Of a DNA stretch of 64,000 nt, positions 22,198 through 36,092 are shown piece after piece. The stretch covers positions 77,994 to 141,993 of the forward strand of contig NMRA01000583.1 of the NCBI GenBank assembly GCA_002633005.1, in the 5' to 3' direction. A model generated the notes under the pieces. It was not told the DNA's origin, did no database searches, and saw nothing but the letters and a program-made list of their open reading frames with translations. This DNA comes from Phoronis australis. Its lineage: Eukaryota; Animalia; Phoronida. The translations under genes were made by a program, and so were the position numbers. Each line of letters opens with the position of its first letter. Within the stretch, counting starts at the first letter, position 1.

Positions 22198-25100
22198 GTA
22201 GATTTCTCACTGTTTACTCAATTGTAAGATCTTGCTTTAAGGGATGGCAAATTCCTTTTGATGAAATTTCACCTTAAAGAGATATTTGTGTCAGTCCATG
22301 AACTTTCTTCATTGTTTTTCCAAGCGATGGGTGCTTTTAATGTCAGATGTCTTTTTACAGGCTGATCTATGAAAAAAATCAACAGTTTCATTTCTCTGTC
22401 AGTTGCTTGATCTTCTTAAAGTAACGTTGAACCCATTTGCTTACTAAATCCCGTATATCTGGACACTGATTAACAAATTTCTTGAAAGAGTAAACAAAAA
22501 TCGAAAACTAGTAACGTCTCGCATCAAATAAGCCTTTAATGCCAACTAAACCTGTTCTAGGAGCATATCCAATTGACCCCATTTTCTCGACTCGTCCTTT
22601 AGATGTTACCCAATGTATGTAATGTTGTAGTATTTTACAGTTCATGACTTCCCATTCAACTGGAAGCGTGCTTGTATACAACTGGAAGGGGACCAGAGTC
22701 GGTGGTCAGGTGAACAGGATCACTTCAGGCTGTCTTATGGACTGTATGCCTCAGTAGACTGTGTGCACCTAATGAGGGTAGGTACTGAACAAGACATAAG
22801 AAAATTCCAATTTCTGCGTCATGATGGTCAATTCCGCCAATTCCTTGGCGAGTAGTTCCTACTGAAAACGATGGGTATTAAGCATCAGTCTTTCAATGTT
22901 GCCACAGACGTCCCATTATGTTGAGTTACGGAGCATGTTGACCCAATTTCTAATGCATATAGTACAATACACTGTCAACAAATTGATTATCATATTTCAT
23001 AACAGTATGTTTCCCAAGTACAGAGATTTTTGATGTCACAGTGACAACTGAAAATTTCAGTGTCCTTTCAATTATTGAAAGTTTTGTTTTCAATAGCTCT
23101 TAGCATACTGCAGTTGTAGTAGTAGTTCATTTATTCCATGTCACATGAAATGCAAAACGATTAATCCAATATTGAATCAGGGAAGGTCCTGTGAAAGACT
23201 TCACAGCCTGTTGACCCCAGGGCCACCAACTGTGTTTAATGCCTGCGTACAATGCGGTAACCGCAAAATCACAATCACAATCATGGAAAAAATGATAACC
23301 AATTTGCAAAATACATGCAACACACTGAATATTAAATAAATGCAGTTCTGCATATGCTCAGAATTTCTGATGAATAATTTAATTTGAGGATGAGCAAAAA
23401 GAGCAGACAACAAATAGTAAATAAGTTCAAAGCAACGGACTGAACGAATCTCGGCTAACATTTTGATATATTTCGTTCATCTTGCCTTTTATAGAAACAA
23501 TATCATACACATGCGTGTATTAAGCTGTGTAATCCCACTGCATGTTCATGTAAAATGGAGATCTGTGACAACTGAACGAACGTGAAATATTGAGGTTTTT
23601 GGAAATCTCAATTTTCGTGTCTGCTGGCGTTGTGGACAATGGAACCGGTATTACCATTATAGGTGATGTGAAATTAGCCACAATCAGTTTTTTAAACACT
23701 GTAAATACATTTATAGTACATCTGCAGGTGTCAGTTTGATGCAACTTGTGATAGGAAGGGCAACTCTAAAGTGTGATAGTGTGGCAGTAGGCAACTTAAT
23801 TACGATGTATCAGTCGTCTTGTGTTTGTCACGCAGTGCATCCATTAAAGAAAACATAAGGTTCGCTTAAGATTGATTAGATTCGAACAACAGTATTAAGG
23901 TGAATAGCTATCCACTTTATTTTAATTACCCATCATGACAGATGGCTGCCATGACTGTCAAGTCCACGTACACTCATCTGTCACAGCGTGGAATTCTCTT
24001 TGCGCTCAGTTGTCAAGATGCGGAATAAACGGTCATTTGGTCTGTTTTCTTTTGGCTTGTACTGTTTGACACGCATAATGTCTGGGGATATCATGCTGAC
24101 TATGCTGGGTTTCAGTGACCTTGTTGAAGAATATACTAAAGATAAAATAATTGCTGGTGGTCTGGTACACGTTGTACCAGACGTGCGCATGCCGCTCGGA
24201 TGGGCCCATTGCACTGATCACCTGTTATCATTTCTATTCTTTATTAATATATATATTTAGACCGAGCTGAGGAGTTAGAGACATGACTCAAGGGTCTAGC
24301 AGTGTGGTCCAGTGAGACTCAAACCCACAACCTTGTGTCATGATGTGGACACAGTAGACCCAGGTTGATTTATGTAGGCTGTCGGACATTAGCTTGTACT
24401 CGCGGAGAAAAATTTTTACTCATGGAATGGAAACACTGAATTTAGTAGGCTGCGTAATTCAGTACAATGTGTCAAAATGCAAATTTCAATTGTATTTTTT
24501 TATTTCTTTTGTAATCGGGACATCTGGAAATTCACAATACTTTTCGGTATGAAAAATCATGTCGAAAATGTACTATTTTGTACCTTGTGCCACTCATATT
24601 TGTTACATGGCACAAGTGAAGAAACCTGACATAAGGGAAATCAAATAACTGACTGGAGAAGTAGCCTTTGTCCCATGGGAAGTGGGTTTTTGAAAGCTTT
24701 TTACAGCTAATTAAAATGCTACCTTGGCTAATTCTATATTGAAGTGAAATCACCATTGCCAAATCTACACATACTTTTAACTAATAGTTGGTCAGAAAAA
24801 GCTTGAGACTGTTGAGAAATATCATTTTATTTGGGAATGCTTTATAAGTTTCTGCTGTCGTTGGTGATGGATGGAAGAGTACAGAATTTTGCTCGTAGAT
24901 TAATGTGAGTTGGCCAAAATCTCAATTTGGATTTCTAAGTTTCAGGCTACTAATGCAACCTGCTACTCATTATGTCAAGCCTTGCCAAAGATTTGACTCT
25001 TATGTGCCTTATTTAAAACATAATCCCAGCTTTTGTTACATACCAATGGCTACATGTTCACCTGCTTCACTGTGTGTTTAACTTGAAATGAGATCATGTG

Positions 25101-28100
25101 CATTTTTGTAGGATGCTACATTACTGGCCTCTGGATCTCGTGACCGGAATTTAAACATCTGGGACCTGACCAAGTTAGACCCCAGTGACCCGTCGTCGAC
25201 CAAGTCCTGCTTGCTACATACTGCTACGAAGGCTCACAAGGTGTCTCTAGTTGTTGGCAATTTTAATTCCATCTTGCATAGATTTTGCGTGGGACGGAAA
25301 TATACTGTGACTGTCCTTAACGAAAGTCAAGCCATAATAATGTTAGTTTTCTTAGCCTAAAAAAGTCCTTCATTGGGATAAAAAATCTACTCCATGTCCT
25401 GCTGTGCCTTGACCATACAAAAGAGCCTGACATATTCTTTTTGCATAAAATTGATATGGAGTGTTTCCTTTTTGAAAACGCAGTGGTCCGAATGTGTTCA
25501 ACATTGTGATGTTCAACTCTTGAGTGTTGTCATTTTGTTTAAGGGATGGATATGGAGTCTGTGTTCCCTTGGCGATTCACTGTGCACGGGATCATGGGAT
25601 ATGTGGATCAAGATGTGGGACGTGAATGATAGTGTGCAAGAAGTATCACGAGTAAAGTAAGTGACATAATTTACAAAACCTCGAGCGAGTGTGCTTGTAG
25701 GATTGTGAAAGTGAAAATAGTTTGCTTGTTAACATATAGTACAAATCAAATCTTATTCCTCAAACTAACGCCTAGCCGTCGTGGTGTCAACTTTGTGGGG
25801 GAAAAATACCCATCATTCAGGAGTCGTTCCGTCAAAATTCCATCTGTATTATCGCTTCTGGTAATTTCAGTTACTGCATAATAGACCATTGCACTAGCGC
25901 AGAAAGAAAGTTGGCCTACTTAATGCCTATTTTAGTGTGTTACAATTTTATTATATGAAGGATGACAAAAATGACTGCATATTTTGTCTGAGTTAGGCGG
26001 AATAATGGTGGAATGAGGGGTCATTTTGAGTGGTAAGATAGGATTTGTAGGGTAATTATGTATTTTGGTACGCTCTTCTGTTACTCAAATTATAATGGGA
26101 AAAACTGCATCAGTGTAATTTGACTGTATTGGAAAGTATGTTTAGTGTCCACTTCGAAGTGGTCTAGTGCTCAGCTCTTGGGTTCACGAGGTCATGTTAC
26201 TGTAAGTCGCGCAGTCGTCTGCACAGTGGTGGTCCATGAAATAGTTTAATATTTTGTAAAATGTTTTGAATTTATTCTTTCTCTTTGTGCTTGTTTATCT
26301 TTTCCGGTAGATACTGGATAAGGTGTATCCAGTCTGGTGTGTCCAGGTGTGTAATTCATCTATTAGTCTATAGCATGCTTTTATCAGCTACAATCATTTT
26401 TCGTCATTCTTTCTCCGTATATTGTTGATATACATAGCAGGTACAACAAGCACATGGTGAAACCATCTTAGCGCGTTTGTTCATGACCACTATTTGTGAG
26501 ACAAGAATGGCAAGCTATTGTTTTTTTATGTCCTCTCAGTACCTGATTGGATGAAATTATTAGCTTGATTGACGTGTTGGAACTATTCAACATCAAACAT
26601 GCTTTTGACTTAATATACGCCAAAGCATCCTTCATTGTCTGTGAAACATTGTCAACTGACATGACTCTATTCTAGGTGCAAGTCAGCCGTATTGAGTATG
26701 CACTATGAGCAAAGTCAGATACTAGCAGGCGGTTTTGATTCCAAGGTCTACTTCATTGACCCTCGTACGTCTCAGATTTTGGACATCAAGAAGTTACACA
26801 AGAAGCCAGTCTTGTGTCTGGCCGCTGATGATCAGTACATAGTGACCGGTGGAGAGGACGCACGCCTCTGTATATTTGACCGGCGAGCACACAAGCTACT
26901 CAAGAACCAGTCTGTAAGTCAAGCTTGGGTGGAACTTAATTAATTAGTCTGTTGTTAGTTCACATGCATTCTGACAGAAATAAACACAATCTGCAGTTAC
27001 ACTGAAGGTCTGGGCTCGGGGTTGAATCTCTGTGCTCGGGGTGTAAGGTTTGTACTCTCAGTCAAATTGGAAATTTTTAATAACATTTTCCTTTCTACTT
27101 TTAGTACAAAGATAAAGTGTTAGGTGTAGGTGGTTTAGGTTGTTAAATGTCTTGTCCAAGTTCGCAATTAATCACCCCTAGATTTGCGCTACAAATTTGA
27201 GTATGCGGTTCAGATTTTGAATAAAAGCTCGGAATTTTGAGTTCAGATTCAAACTGGTGGCTTTAATACTGTGGTCAGCAAGGATAAGACAAGTCTCCAT
27301 GTATACCATAGAGTACTGTGGTCAGCAAGGATAAGACAAGTCTCCATGTATACCATAGAATACTCTGACACAGAGTAATAGACATATCTTGAGTTTGTAC
27401 AAAAGTTATGGAAAACGGAAAAAATACTTCTGAGTTCAATTTTGAGTAATTTAAAAAAGATTAGAACCCGAGGCCAGGACTAGTGTGGGGTTTCTATGCA
27501 ACAAGGATTGTTGTCTATTTCAACCCATTCCACAATACACTGCCCAGATGGATGTGTTTTGTGTTTTCTACGAGATTGCTTCTTAAAGCCATTGTTTGAA
27601 CTTAGTAACCACTTAACTTGACCTGCAAGCATGTGAGAAAGATGAGTAAATCTTACGATGCACCCCAGCAGGTGTGCTGTCAACCACTTGGTGTATCATA
27701 AGGTTGAGGCTATATCCTTTAATTGTTACCAGTAGCTACAGCATACGTGTTGGTCTACTTTCCAGCTATCTGAATACCCTATGTCGTTGTCTTATGGAGA
27801 GAGACAAGTCTGGGTTGGTGATAAAGCGGGCTGTTTACACTTGTTAGATGGTTCCTATGGCAACTTTGACAAAGTACAGGTATGTTTTTTTTGCATGGCA
27901 ACAATAATTATATTCACAATTGTCTCCTGAAAAATAGATTTAATTCAGTCACTTGTGAAGTCATCCCACATCACACTTCTTGCTTGCAGCCCTCATAAGA
28001 GCAGTTTGCATTCTCAGTCATATTCTGGTGATTGTGTCATTATCCGTGTCCTGTTATAGACCCAACACTCCTCATGTGGTTCAGTTGTCTATTGTTAAGT

Positions 28101-28840
28101 TTCGGATGCCTATTTACATAGGTGATATAAAGAGGGCACTTTCTTCAACTCATTCTATCAATATTTCTCGTGTGCACATTGATGCACATTTACGTACGTG
28201 CCAGTTAAGCTGCTATGCAGTCGGCGATGAGTTTGGTGTCTGGTGTAATCTTTGCTGCATTTTCTGGCCAAAATTCTCCATTAGTCAAAGAAAAGGTTAC
28301 AGTCATTGATATTTCTTTCCTTTGTCTTCAGACAAACATAAACGTTGGTCACTCTGGTAAAGTCACTGGTGTTCATCACTCACTGGGCTCCGTAATTACG
28401 TGCTCCACCGACAAGTCAATCAAGGTGTTGACCCCCACTCTTGACCCCCAGGAGGTCCTGACCTTGCCACTTCATCTGGCTGAGGTTGCAGGGGTGAGTT
28501 GTGTCACGTGCACTGTTTTGAAATGGATTTTGTCAGATTTGGTGCGTTTGCTATAACCATGTCTATAACGGTGATAAGTGTGTGCAGGTAACTTTCTAAT
28601 ATTATTGAGATTCTAAAAGCAAGAGTCCTGTGTTGTTTATGAGCTTGGCCTTCAAACTATTAGTTTGATACTCTTTTACTCTAGTATTTAGTTTTTATCA
28701 TCGTCCTCTATCATTTACTATTGACAACACTGTCTTTCCAGATTGATGTAGATAACAATGTGTTGGCCAGTGCCTGCAGCAGTGGTTCTATAGAAATAAG
28801 GAGACCAGCAGCAACAAAGGTCGTGGAAGTGTACAGCTGA
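21735..28840 (+). CDS. FBXW9: F-box/WD repeat-containing protein 9, 484 aa
   Basis: join(21735-22197,22641-22777,25112-25240,25544-25656,26676-26913,27766-27879,28332-28493,28742-28840) = 1455 nt, open to TGA. F-box SLDRLPPELFLRVCDFL; YPPVP...FNWKRACIQLE; WD40 repeats LASGSRDRNLNIWDL, HKGWIWSL, TGSWDMWIKMWD, TCSTDKSIKV. Confidence 0.9.
22641..22777 (+). CDS. FBXW9: FBXW9 exon 2
   Basis: (V)HDFPFNWKRACIQLEGDQSRWSG...YASVDCVHLMR. Confidence 0.9.
25112..25240 (+). CDS. FBXW9: FBXW9 exon 3
   Basis: DATLLASGSRDRNLNIWDL...TKAHK. Confidence 0.9.
25544..25656 (+). CDS. FBXW9: FBXW9 exon 4
   Basis: GWIWSLCSLGDSLCTGSWDMWIKMWDV. Confidence 0.9.
26676..26913 (+). CDS. FBXW9: FBXW9 exon 5
   Basis: CKSAVLSM...LAGGFDSKVYFIDPR...HKKPVLCLAADDQYIVTGGEDARLCIFDRR. 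Confidence 0.92.
27267..27364. repeat. Tandem duplication of about 47 bp inside a degenerate MITE
   Basis: tactgtggtcagcaaggataagacaagtctccatgtataccataga twice. Confidence 0.85.
27766..27879 (+). CDS. FBXW9: FBXW9 exon 6
   Basis: LSEYPMSLSYGERQVWVGDKAGCLHLLDGSYGNFDKVQ. Confidence 0.88.
28332..28493 (+). CDS. FBXW9: FBXW9 exon 7
   Basis: TNINVGHSGKVTGVHHSLGSVITCSTDKSIKVLTPT. Confidence 0.9.
28742..28840 (+). CDS. FBXW9: FBXW9 last coding exon
   Basis: IDVDNNVLASACSSGSIEIRRPAATKVVEVYS*. Confidence 0.85.
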   Translation: MDVDNNVLASACSSGSIEIRRPAATKVVEVYS

Positions 28841-31800
28841 CTGAGAGAGGGATTAGTACGGTGACATGATGCTTCTTTGTGAACACCCTGATATCCAGTA
28901 CTGTGTGGTACAATGACCTTAGGTCTGTCACACATTCAAATAGTGTCTTACAAGACACTTGCACCAGTTGATCTTACACAGTGAGAAATGGTAGGTACTC
29001 TTAGTATTGACATACTGTTTTCTCTCATAATTCAACTTTCTGGCATAGCTGAATAATCACTAAGTAGCTTTTATTTTTGCAGCGTGTGTTAGTTATTGTA
29101 CAAGCTGGGCGGAAACAGGCAAAATATCATTTTCGCATCATGACGGTCAGTTCCGTCTGCAGATTCGTTTCTTCTTAATTCTGGTTGCAAATGATGGGTT
29201 GTGACGCACCATGACTCTTCATAATGGCTATAATCTCTTATCACAATCTTGCGATATTGTCGTAATGGTCTGTTATGTAGAGTAACTGAGCACGTTGACC
29301 TGATATTCAGTGTGCGCACATACAATGTATTAAAGTGCATGATGTTGACAATTTGCTGATTACTGTACTAAGATTTTTGATGACACAGTGAGAGAACCAC
29401 AAAAGATTTCTGACCTACCGTTGTTAGTTTTACCTCGGTATAAGTTTGGTACCTGCATACACATCGTTCGTCGCAAAATCACAATCGTGAACAATCAATT
29501 TGTAAAACATCTGCTTGGGCTTATTGTTTGCCTGAAGAGGGCGTTCTTGTTTTCGCAAACATTTTTATGCAGTCATACACTTTGCAAGCACCACCACCCT
29601 AAACGATTAACTCACGCTGCCTAAATGCATTATACATGGGGCATCGAAACCTGACATTGATGTACTAAAGTGTGCATTTCGAATGTGGATAATAATACTA
29701 GGCATTGTCATGCCATACCAAATTCAAGGAACAAAACATCAAATATTAGTACAATTCTTCATACCCTCAAAATTACTGAAAAATAAGGATTGGTGGAATG
29801 GACTGACATCGAATAATGAATATGTTTAAAGCAGCCGACCCAACAAACCTCTGTGTCAAAATATTCCCATGTGCTAGGCAGCAATCTTAAATAATATTGT
29901 TTTTTGTAAAATTTTCGACATCTTGCTCTTGAATATAGTATCATAATGTATGTGTTTAAAAAACTATGCAATCCCACTTTATGTTGCTGCAAAATGGAGA
30001 CTGTGACTGATGAAGTTGTTACGTGAAATTCAGCCGATATCATTTTTATAAATTACAACCACATGCACAGTAATCTGATGCAATTTCTAATAGAAAAAGT
30101 GACATTCACGTGTAGCAATATGGCAGTATGTCTGCAAGTGCCATACGGTGCATCTTTTAAAGATATCACAGCGTTCGTTTACTACGAATGGTTAGATCCA
30201 GACTGCAGGAAGCTCTCCACTTTAGTTCAATTGCCTGTCATGACAGATGGATACTATGACTGTCAATTCCACTTAAAGTTAATGGTTATAGTGTGGAATT
30301 GTGCTTGCGCTCACTTGTGATGAGGCGGAATACCGTGTCATTTTGTCCTGTGTTCTTTTGGCCTGTACAGTATGTCACAAGCTTACTGAAAAACACTAGC
30401 GAGACGTTGAATTACTATAGATAACCTCACTAAGCTCACAAGATAATATCTTGACTGCATGCACCACCTGACATTTCCACAGCCTATGAGAAACATGGCA
30501 GTTAGCTGACAAGTACTCCCCAGAAATCACAAAGTCTGACTTATTTTAGAGAGTTTTATTTTTGACTGTTTTTGTTCTACTTTTGATACATTCTCAAGAT
30601 AAATGTTTCATATTATGTGCTTGGCCATATTATGGCTTGCCCAGATTACTTTTACTTTGAGGCAATGTTCGGTGACCCCTTGGAGCTACAGAGTTGAGTT
30701 CAAAATTTAGATTTTGAGTTCATACTCAACCTAATAGCTTTAATGTTATGGTCATCAAGTGCAAATTAGGATGTGACACCCATCCACCTGAACACAGTCC
30801 TATGTTGAGCTTGTTGTAAATTAGAAAAGAAAAAAGTCAATAGTACTAGTTTTGAATTCGACCAGTTGATTTCTCTGGGTAAGGTGAAATCTCACCGAGT
30901 GGACTAAATACATGAGATGACGTCGCCGTTTCCTATTAGAATTCTGTACCAACATGAAAAGCAAAGAGTTGCAAAATCAGAGCATGCACTTCTATATTTT
31001 TTTCTCAAATGAAGTAAACAAAAGTGACGACTATATCGTGGAGTGTCAGTACTGATAACTCAGTACAAAGCACAGTTTTTGCTGTACTATGAAATAAAAT
31101 AGAAATCCACCAGATTGGAATGATGTTTTGGTTTCTATTATTTTGTATTTTACTTTTGAAATTGTTTACATTGTGCTGGTGATATTTTTAATTTAATTTA
31201 ATTCTGCAAAGTTTTATGTTGGCAATAAAGTTTATTTACACGATAGGCCATTCATTCTTTTATCAACAGCTCGACATCTCATGGCGCTAACAAAGTCTGG
31301 TTGGGTCACATCACACTGGGCGGAGGAGCAGTTCGAATCGGAAAAGTTGTAAAAAAGAAAATTTATTTCTTTAGCGTTAACAGCATGATTTTCAATATTC
31401 CTTTGGTCGTAAGTGGAAAACGGAAACATCGTCAGCTCTTCGTTACCGGCGAATCCCTGTTGTTCTTGATTTACCTAGAGTTTTTTTTGGGGGGGGGTAC
31501 TGAACACGGCCGTAGGAAACAAAAAAAAAAACGCAAAGCACGAAACATGAAAATAAAAACGGCTAATATTTTAGTATCTTTGAAAATACTGATACCTTGG
31601 GCCGGTATTGGTAGCGGTCGACGTGGGCCCGATGTACAGTATCGAAATCACCAAAAATTAAGAATATTTAGCTAATAATTGAGTTTATAGTTATGGTTGA
31701 AATACAACAAATAATAAGCCAGGAACAGTGTTTTCAAGACCAAACTACGATTTTTAAAAAAGCATTCCGCACGAAAAACCGTGAAATAATTTTAGGCACC

Positions 31801-32192
31801 GGAATGGAGATCGAAAAATTCCTTGGCCCCTCGATTTAATCCTGCAACGTGTCTTACTTTCGACAAAATGTCGATGGCATAAAAGTGTCATTTCATCAGT
31901 AAATGGCCATTCACAGACTGCCGTTTTACGTTTAGCTTTGTGAGAAATAACGGTAGCACGAACTGGAAGTTAGCAATAGGCTCCCCGGGTGCGGTGTGGC
32001 CCGAACAAGTAAAACGGATGGAACTCCGCGTAACGGCTTGTAACACTGACGTGGGAATGGGTGCGATGCATTATTACCTTCCTTTCAAGTGGTTACATTA
32101 TGAATTCTCTCAAACAAATCCAACGTGTCAGTATCGTGAACTCTCCGTTTAGGGGCAGAAGCGTGCACGCCGTGACCTGAAATTTGCTAAAT

Positions 32193-32597
32193 CAGGGCCC
32201 GGTCTCCAATCTTTTTACTCGAAATGGAATTCGAAATTAGGTTTGGCATTTTCTACTCTACTTTTGGGCGAACTCAAGATAACTGTCTTTTATTCTATGC
32301 TCGAGTACACAATAACTTACGTAGATAATTTATTGCCCTTAGTTCACAGTTTGTAAACCCAATATTAAAGCAATAAGTTCGAGTTTGAACTCGAAATTTC
32401 GAGTTTTTACTCGAGTTTGTAACACGAATATAAGAGTCTTCAAGGGCAAATTTGAACTAGAAACTCATGCATAAACTATAATGTATTCGAGCACAGTCTG
32501 ATAACCAATTATCTTAAGTTCGCACAAAAGGAGCAGAGAAATTGCCAAAAACAATTTCGAGTTCGTTTTGAGTACAAAGATTAGAGACCGGGCCCTG
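32193..32597. mobile_element. MITE, possibly PIF/Harbinger-type
   Basis: TIRs CAGGGCCCGGTCTC-AATCTTT...AAAGATTAGAGACCGGGCCCTG with long imperfect internal symmetry; a degenerate relative lies at about 27010-27478. Confidence 0.7.
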
Positions 32598-33041
32598 GTC
32601 TGGAGCAACCGTGAATGAACTGTCACTTCTTCCGAAACCAGAGATTACTCGTAAACTGAGTAATTTGGGGAATGAGATGAAACTATCTTAGCCTGGTTAT
32701 TGGCCAAAATCAAAAGTAAACTTGTTTTGACAAAAAATGCGGGTTTAATGCCGCTTTGTCACATAGGTAATCTTCCAAAACATATGTTAAAATTCAGACT
32801 GAGCTGCTGCCCGACTCAAGATTTTGCCGTACGAGCAAGTTTTTTTGGGGGGGCAAGCCTAACAGATACCAGTGTCGGCAAAAACTTGTCTGTATTGGAA
32901 ACAGGAAAGACATGTCGAAAAATTGTCAACAAGATTTCTGTTTGTATAGGGAATTTCAATGATTACTAGCTGTGCATGTCACCCCCGACGTCATGGCTTA
33001 GGGCAAGATAATGTTAGTGTTCTTTTCGCCCACATAGGCGA

Positions 33042-33911
33042 GATACACAAAACGTACCGAGAGTGGCGTACGTGAAGTACATGTAATATCCCACGAGACA
33101 TTATTCAACGTATCGACCGTTGTCGAGTGGGATATCACTTCATGTATGCCCATCGAGTTACGTTTTATATTTATCCCGCACGCTTCGAATTCTTGAGTTT
33201 TCAGTTTTTCATTTTTCGGCAGATTTTTTAAATACTTCACTCAGGCTGTTCACGTGGCGGGTCCTATATGTATGAACTTGCGCGGTAGGTTGCAAGTTTT
33301 CTGTAGTAAAAGAAACAGTTTTAAATGTAACGATTTATTACTTGAAAAGAGATAACAAAGATGAAAACAACGGTAACTGTGCATTGTACTTGTAAATCTC
33401 CTGAAAATAGTTAAATAACAACAATGAATATTTGATATTGCAGTATAATAGTATCGTCTGCAACTCAGGCGCCGATTCCTCGTAACTACAATATTAAACA
33501 TTGTTGTCATTTAACTCTTTTCAGGAGATGTTACAAGTTCAATGCAAAGTTATCATTGTTTTCATCTTTGTTATTCCTTTTCAAGAAACAAATCGTTACA
33601 TTTAAAACTGTTTCTTTTACTAGCGAAAATTTGCAGCCTAAGGCGCCCAAGTACATACATATAGGATGTGACGTTTACAGTCAGAGTGAAGTACCGGTAT
33701 TTAAAAAATCTGAGGAAAAATGAAAGAAACTTAGGAATTCAACGCGTATGGGATAAATACAAAACGTACCTCGATTGGCGTACATGAAGTGATATCCCAT
33801 TCGACATTAGTCCGCGTATCGACCTCCACCTTCGATCTCGGTCGATACGCGGAATAATGTCTCGTGGAATATTACTTCATGTACGCCACTCTCGGTATAT
33901 TTTATGTATTT
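33042..33911. mobile_element. Foldback element with about 400-bp inverted arms, each end itself a hairpin
   Basis: Arms mirror around about 33465; terminal module gagtggcgtac..gaagt..atatcccacgagacattatt; a partial terminal copy lies at 34435-34520. Confidence 0.7.
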
Positions 33912-35927
33912 ATACTGCTGCAACTGTGTTACTTTAAACTGCATTCGGAAAGTTTGGTGATCAAACCGGCTAAAGACATCGAGTCGACATTGACCTACCT
34001 TTTGAACTTTCCATTTCAGGGGTCACTGTTGAAGTAGTGCGGGAGGTGAATATGGGAAGCATTATTACGTGCCCGTATTGCACTCGACAGATTCATTGCG
34101 TATGGGATAAAATGGCATATAGTACGTCAAAGTGGTTCGGGTTGTTTCGACGGTGCAGATCATTAGCTGTTTATTTTACAGATTCCTCCGTCAGACCGGT
34201 CCCCAGGAGTGGTGTGTTCAGTGTGTGTGAAACATTTTTGCTCTCCCTCTCCCACTGCACTCTCTCTGTCTGCTCAAGAGAGCCACCGTTAACTGGATTT
34301 CCCCACATCCGATTTGTCGAGACGTCCAATCAATGCAGTACCAAATCAAACCGCCTTTTCCTTCAATGTCAAAACATTAGTTTATAGTCGGCTGTTCTTG
34401 AGGATTATAGAAAATAAATTTCTTTTCACAAGTGATATCCCACCTTCGGTCTCGGTCGATACGCAGAACAATGTCGAGTGGATATTACTTCATGTCCGCC
34501 ACTCTCGGTGCGTTTTGTGTACAGCGCTGCAGAACTTGAGATATTTCTTGTTGTTTTTCTCCACCAACCCACCATATAACGCGCCCGCGACCACACTCCT
34601 AAATAATTTAGCACATTTCAACGCGTAGAAATGTACTCGTTTAAGAACCCTTTAGCCCTTCATATTTAAGAAACTTGTAAACTAAGTCTTTTTAATCAGT
34701 TACTACATCATAAGAAGAAGGCAGTCGAACTACCAACGCACATTCGCAATATAAAGCGTGTATAACTTGTTTGTAACTCCATCCTGTTCATGACGAAAAC
34801 ATTCATGGGATTATTGTTTATTTTTGTAATAGATTCTTCTACATGTTTCATCGGAAAAAAAATTCAATTTTAAGTTAACGTCTGAGTTATCCGTATCAAT
34901 CGATAACGTTTTCATTGGTTAATTCGTATGTAGTGGCTCCAAAACTCAAACCCTTTATGTCATGACAAAATCTCAATAAAATGACCATGGAAATAACTTC
35001 GTCTTTAAATTTCGTTCGTTGCAAAATCCAATGTAACTTCGTCTTTAAATTTGATTCGGTATAAAATTCAATGGCGCTGCTTTAAATCGAAAAACTGTTA
35101 TGTCTCGGAAAAAATACCATTAAATGAGAGAAATGAGAAACGATTCAACGAGTTGTCAAAACAAACATTACGTCAGTATGATAAAATCAACTACCGCTTC
35201 AAATTAAATACAATGTACAAGAGAATTATTATGGCTTTAGATTAATGAAATTGAGGTGTCAGTGATAGCCACTAACAGGCGCCTCAAAATTTGAGAACCA
35301 GGGGAGACAACTGCTTCTCAAGATCCGTGATCTCTCTACTTGACTATTGTCTGGAAAGTAGCAATCGCAGTTTTAAAGTAACTAAGAAAGTATCCGGTGT
35401 AAACTTCTATCAAATTCATTTGGGGAAAATCCAGTAGTACCTCGTCTATAAAATTCATTTGATGTAAAATTCAATAGACAGTACTTCGTATATCAAATTA
35501 AATCGGTGTAAAATCCAATAATGCTTCGTCTATGAAATTTGTTCGCACGGTGTAAAATCTAATACTTCGGTTTTATATTATATACAGAGTGATCTGACGC
35601 CGCGCTGAACTTTTTGTGTACACTAGGTCACGTGGGGATTAGGATGACAAAACGGAGAGTATCAGGCAGGCTACGTACATAATGCGGTGAGCGAAAAGAG
35701 AAAAAAAAAATGAAGTTCGAGCTGTTATCGTCTCTTATTAAGAAGAGTACACGACGACGTTCAAATTCTTTAACGAACAACATTCGACCGGCAGTCTGCT
35801 CAGTTCATTTCGAGAGGGTGCATTTGGTGTACTTGGACCAAGACCTAAAAAAATACACAAGCTATTTTGAACCCCCTGCTCATTATCTTCACCTTTTTAT
35901 AACTCCAATGCCATACTTACTGTATAT

Positions 35928-36092
35928 AAGGGCCGGATCCAGGATTTTTAGTTAGTGGGGACCAGGGCAGAGTATTAGCCAAGATTTTGCCCGTCAGACA
36001 TTCGCACCCCGATCGAACTGACAAATGGAATCTGGGTGAGTTTTGGAGGAGGGGGGCATGGCCCCCTTGGCCCCCCTCTAAATCTGCCTCTG
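35928..36092. mobile_element. Short MITE related to 16642-17567
   Basis: AGGGCCGGATCCAGG...GGGGGGCATGGCCCCC...AAATCTGCCTCTG; 5-bp flank TATAT on both sides. Confidence 0.6.

Noticed and set aside
28838-28864. FBXW9 TGA-C readthrough context
   Set aside because: Not the TGA-CTAG motif; the extension would be about 8 residues with no recognisable signal.
31855-31900. CTGATGA...GAAA on minus (hammerhead core)
   Set aside because: No convincing stems close around the core.
34990-35570. Degenerate repeats of about 40 bp (cttcgtct..aaatt...aaaatccaat) resembling an array
   Set aside because: Irregular decayed minisatellite with no unique spacers, in a eukaryotic context; not CRISPR.
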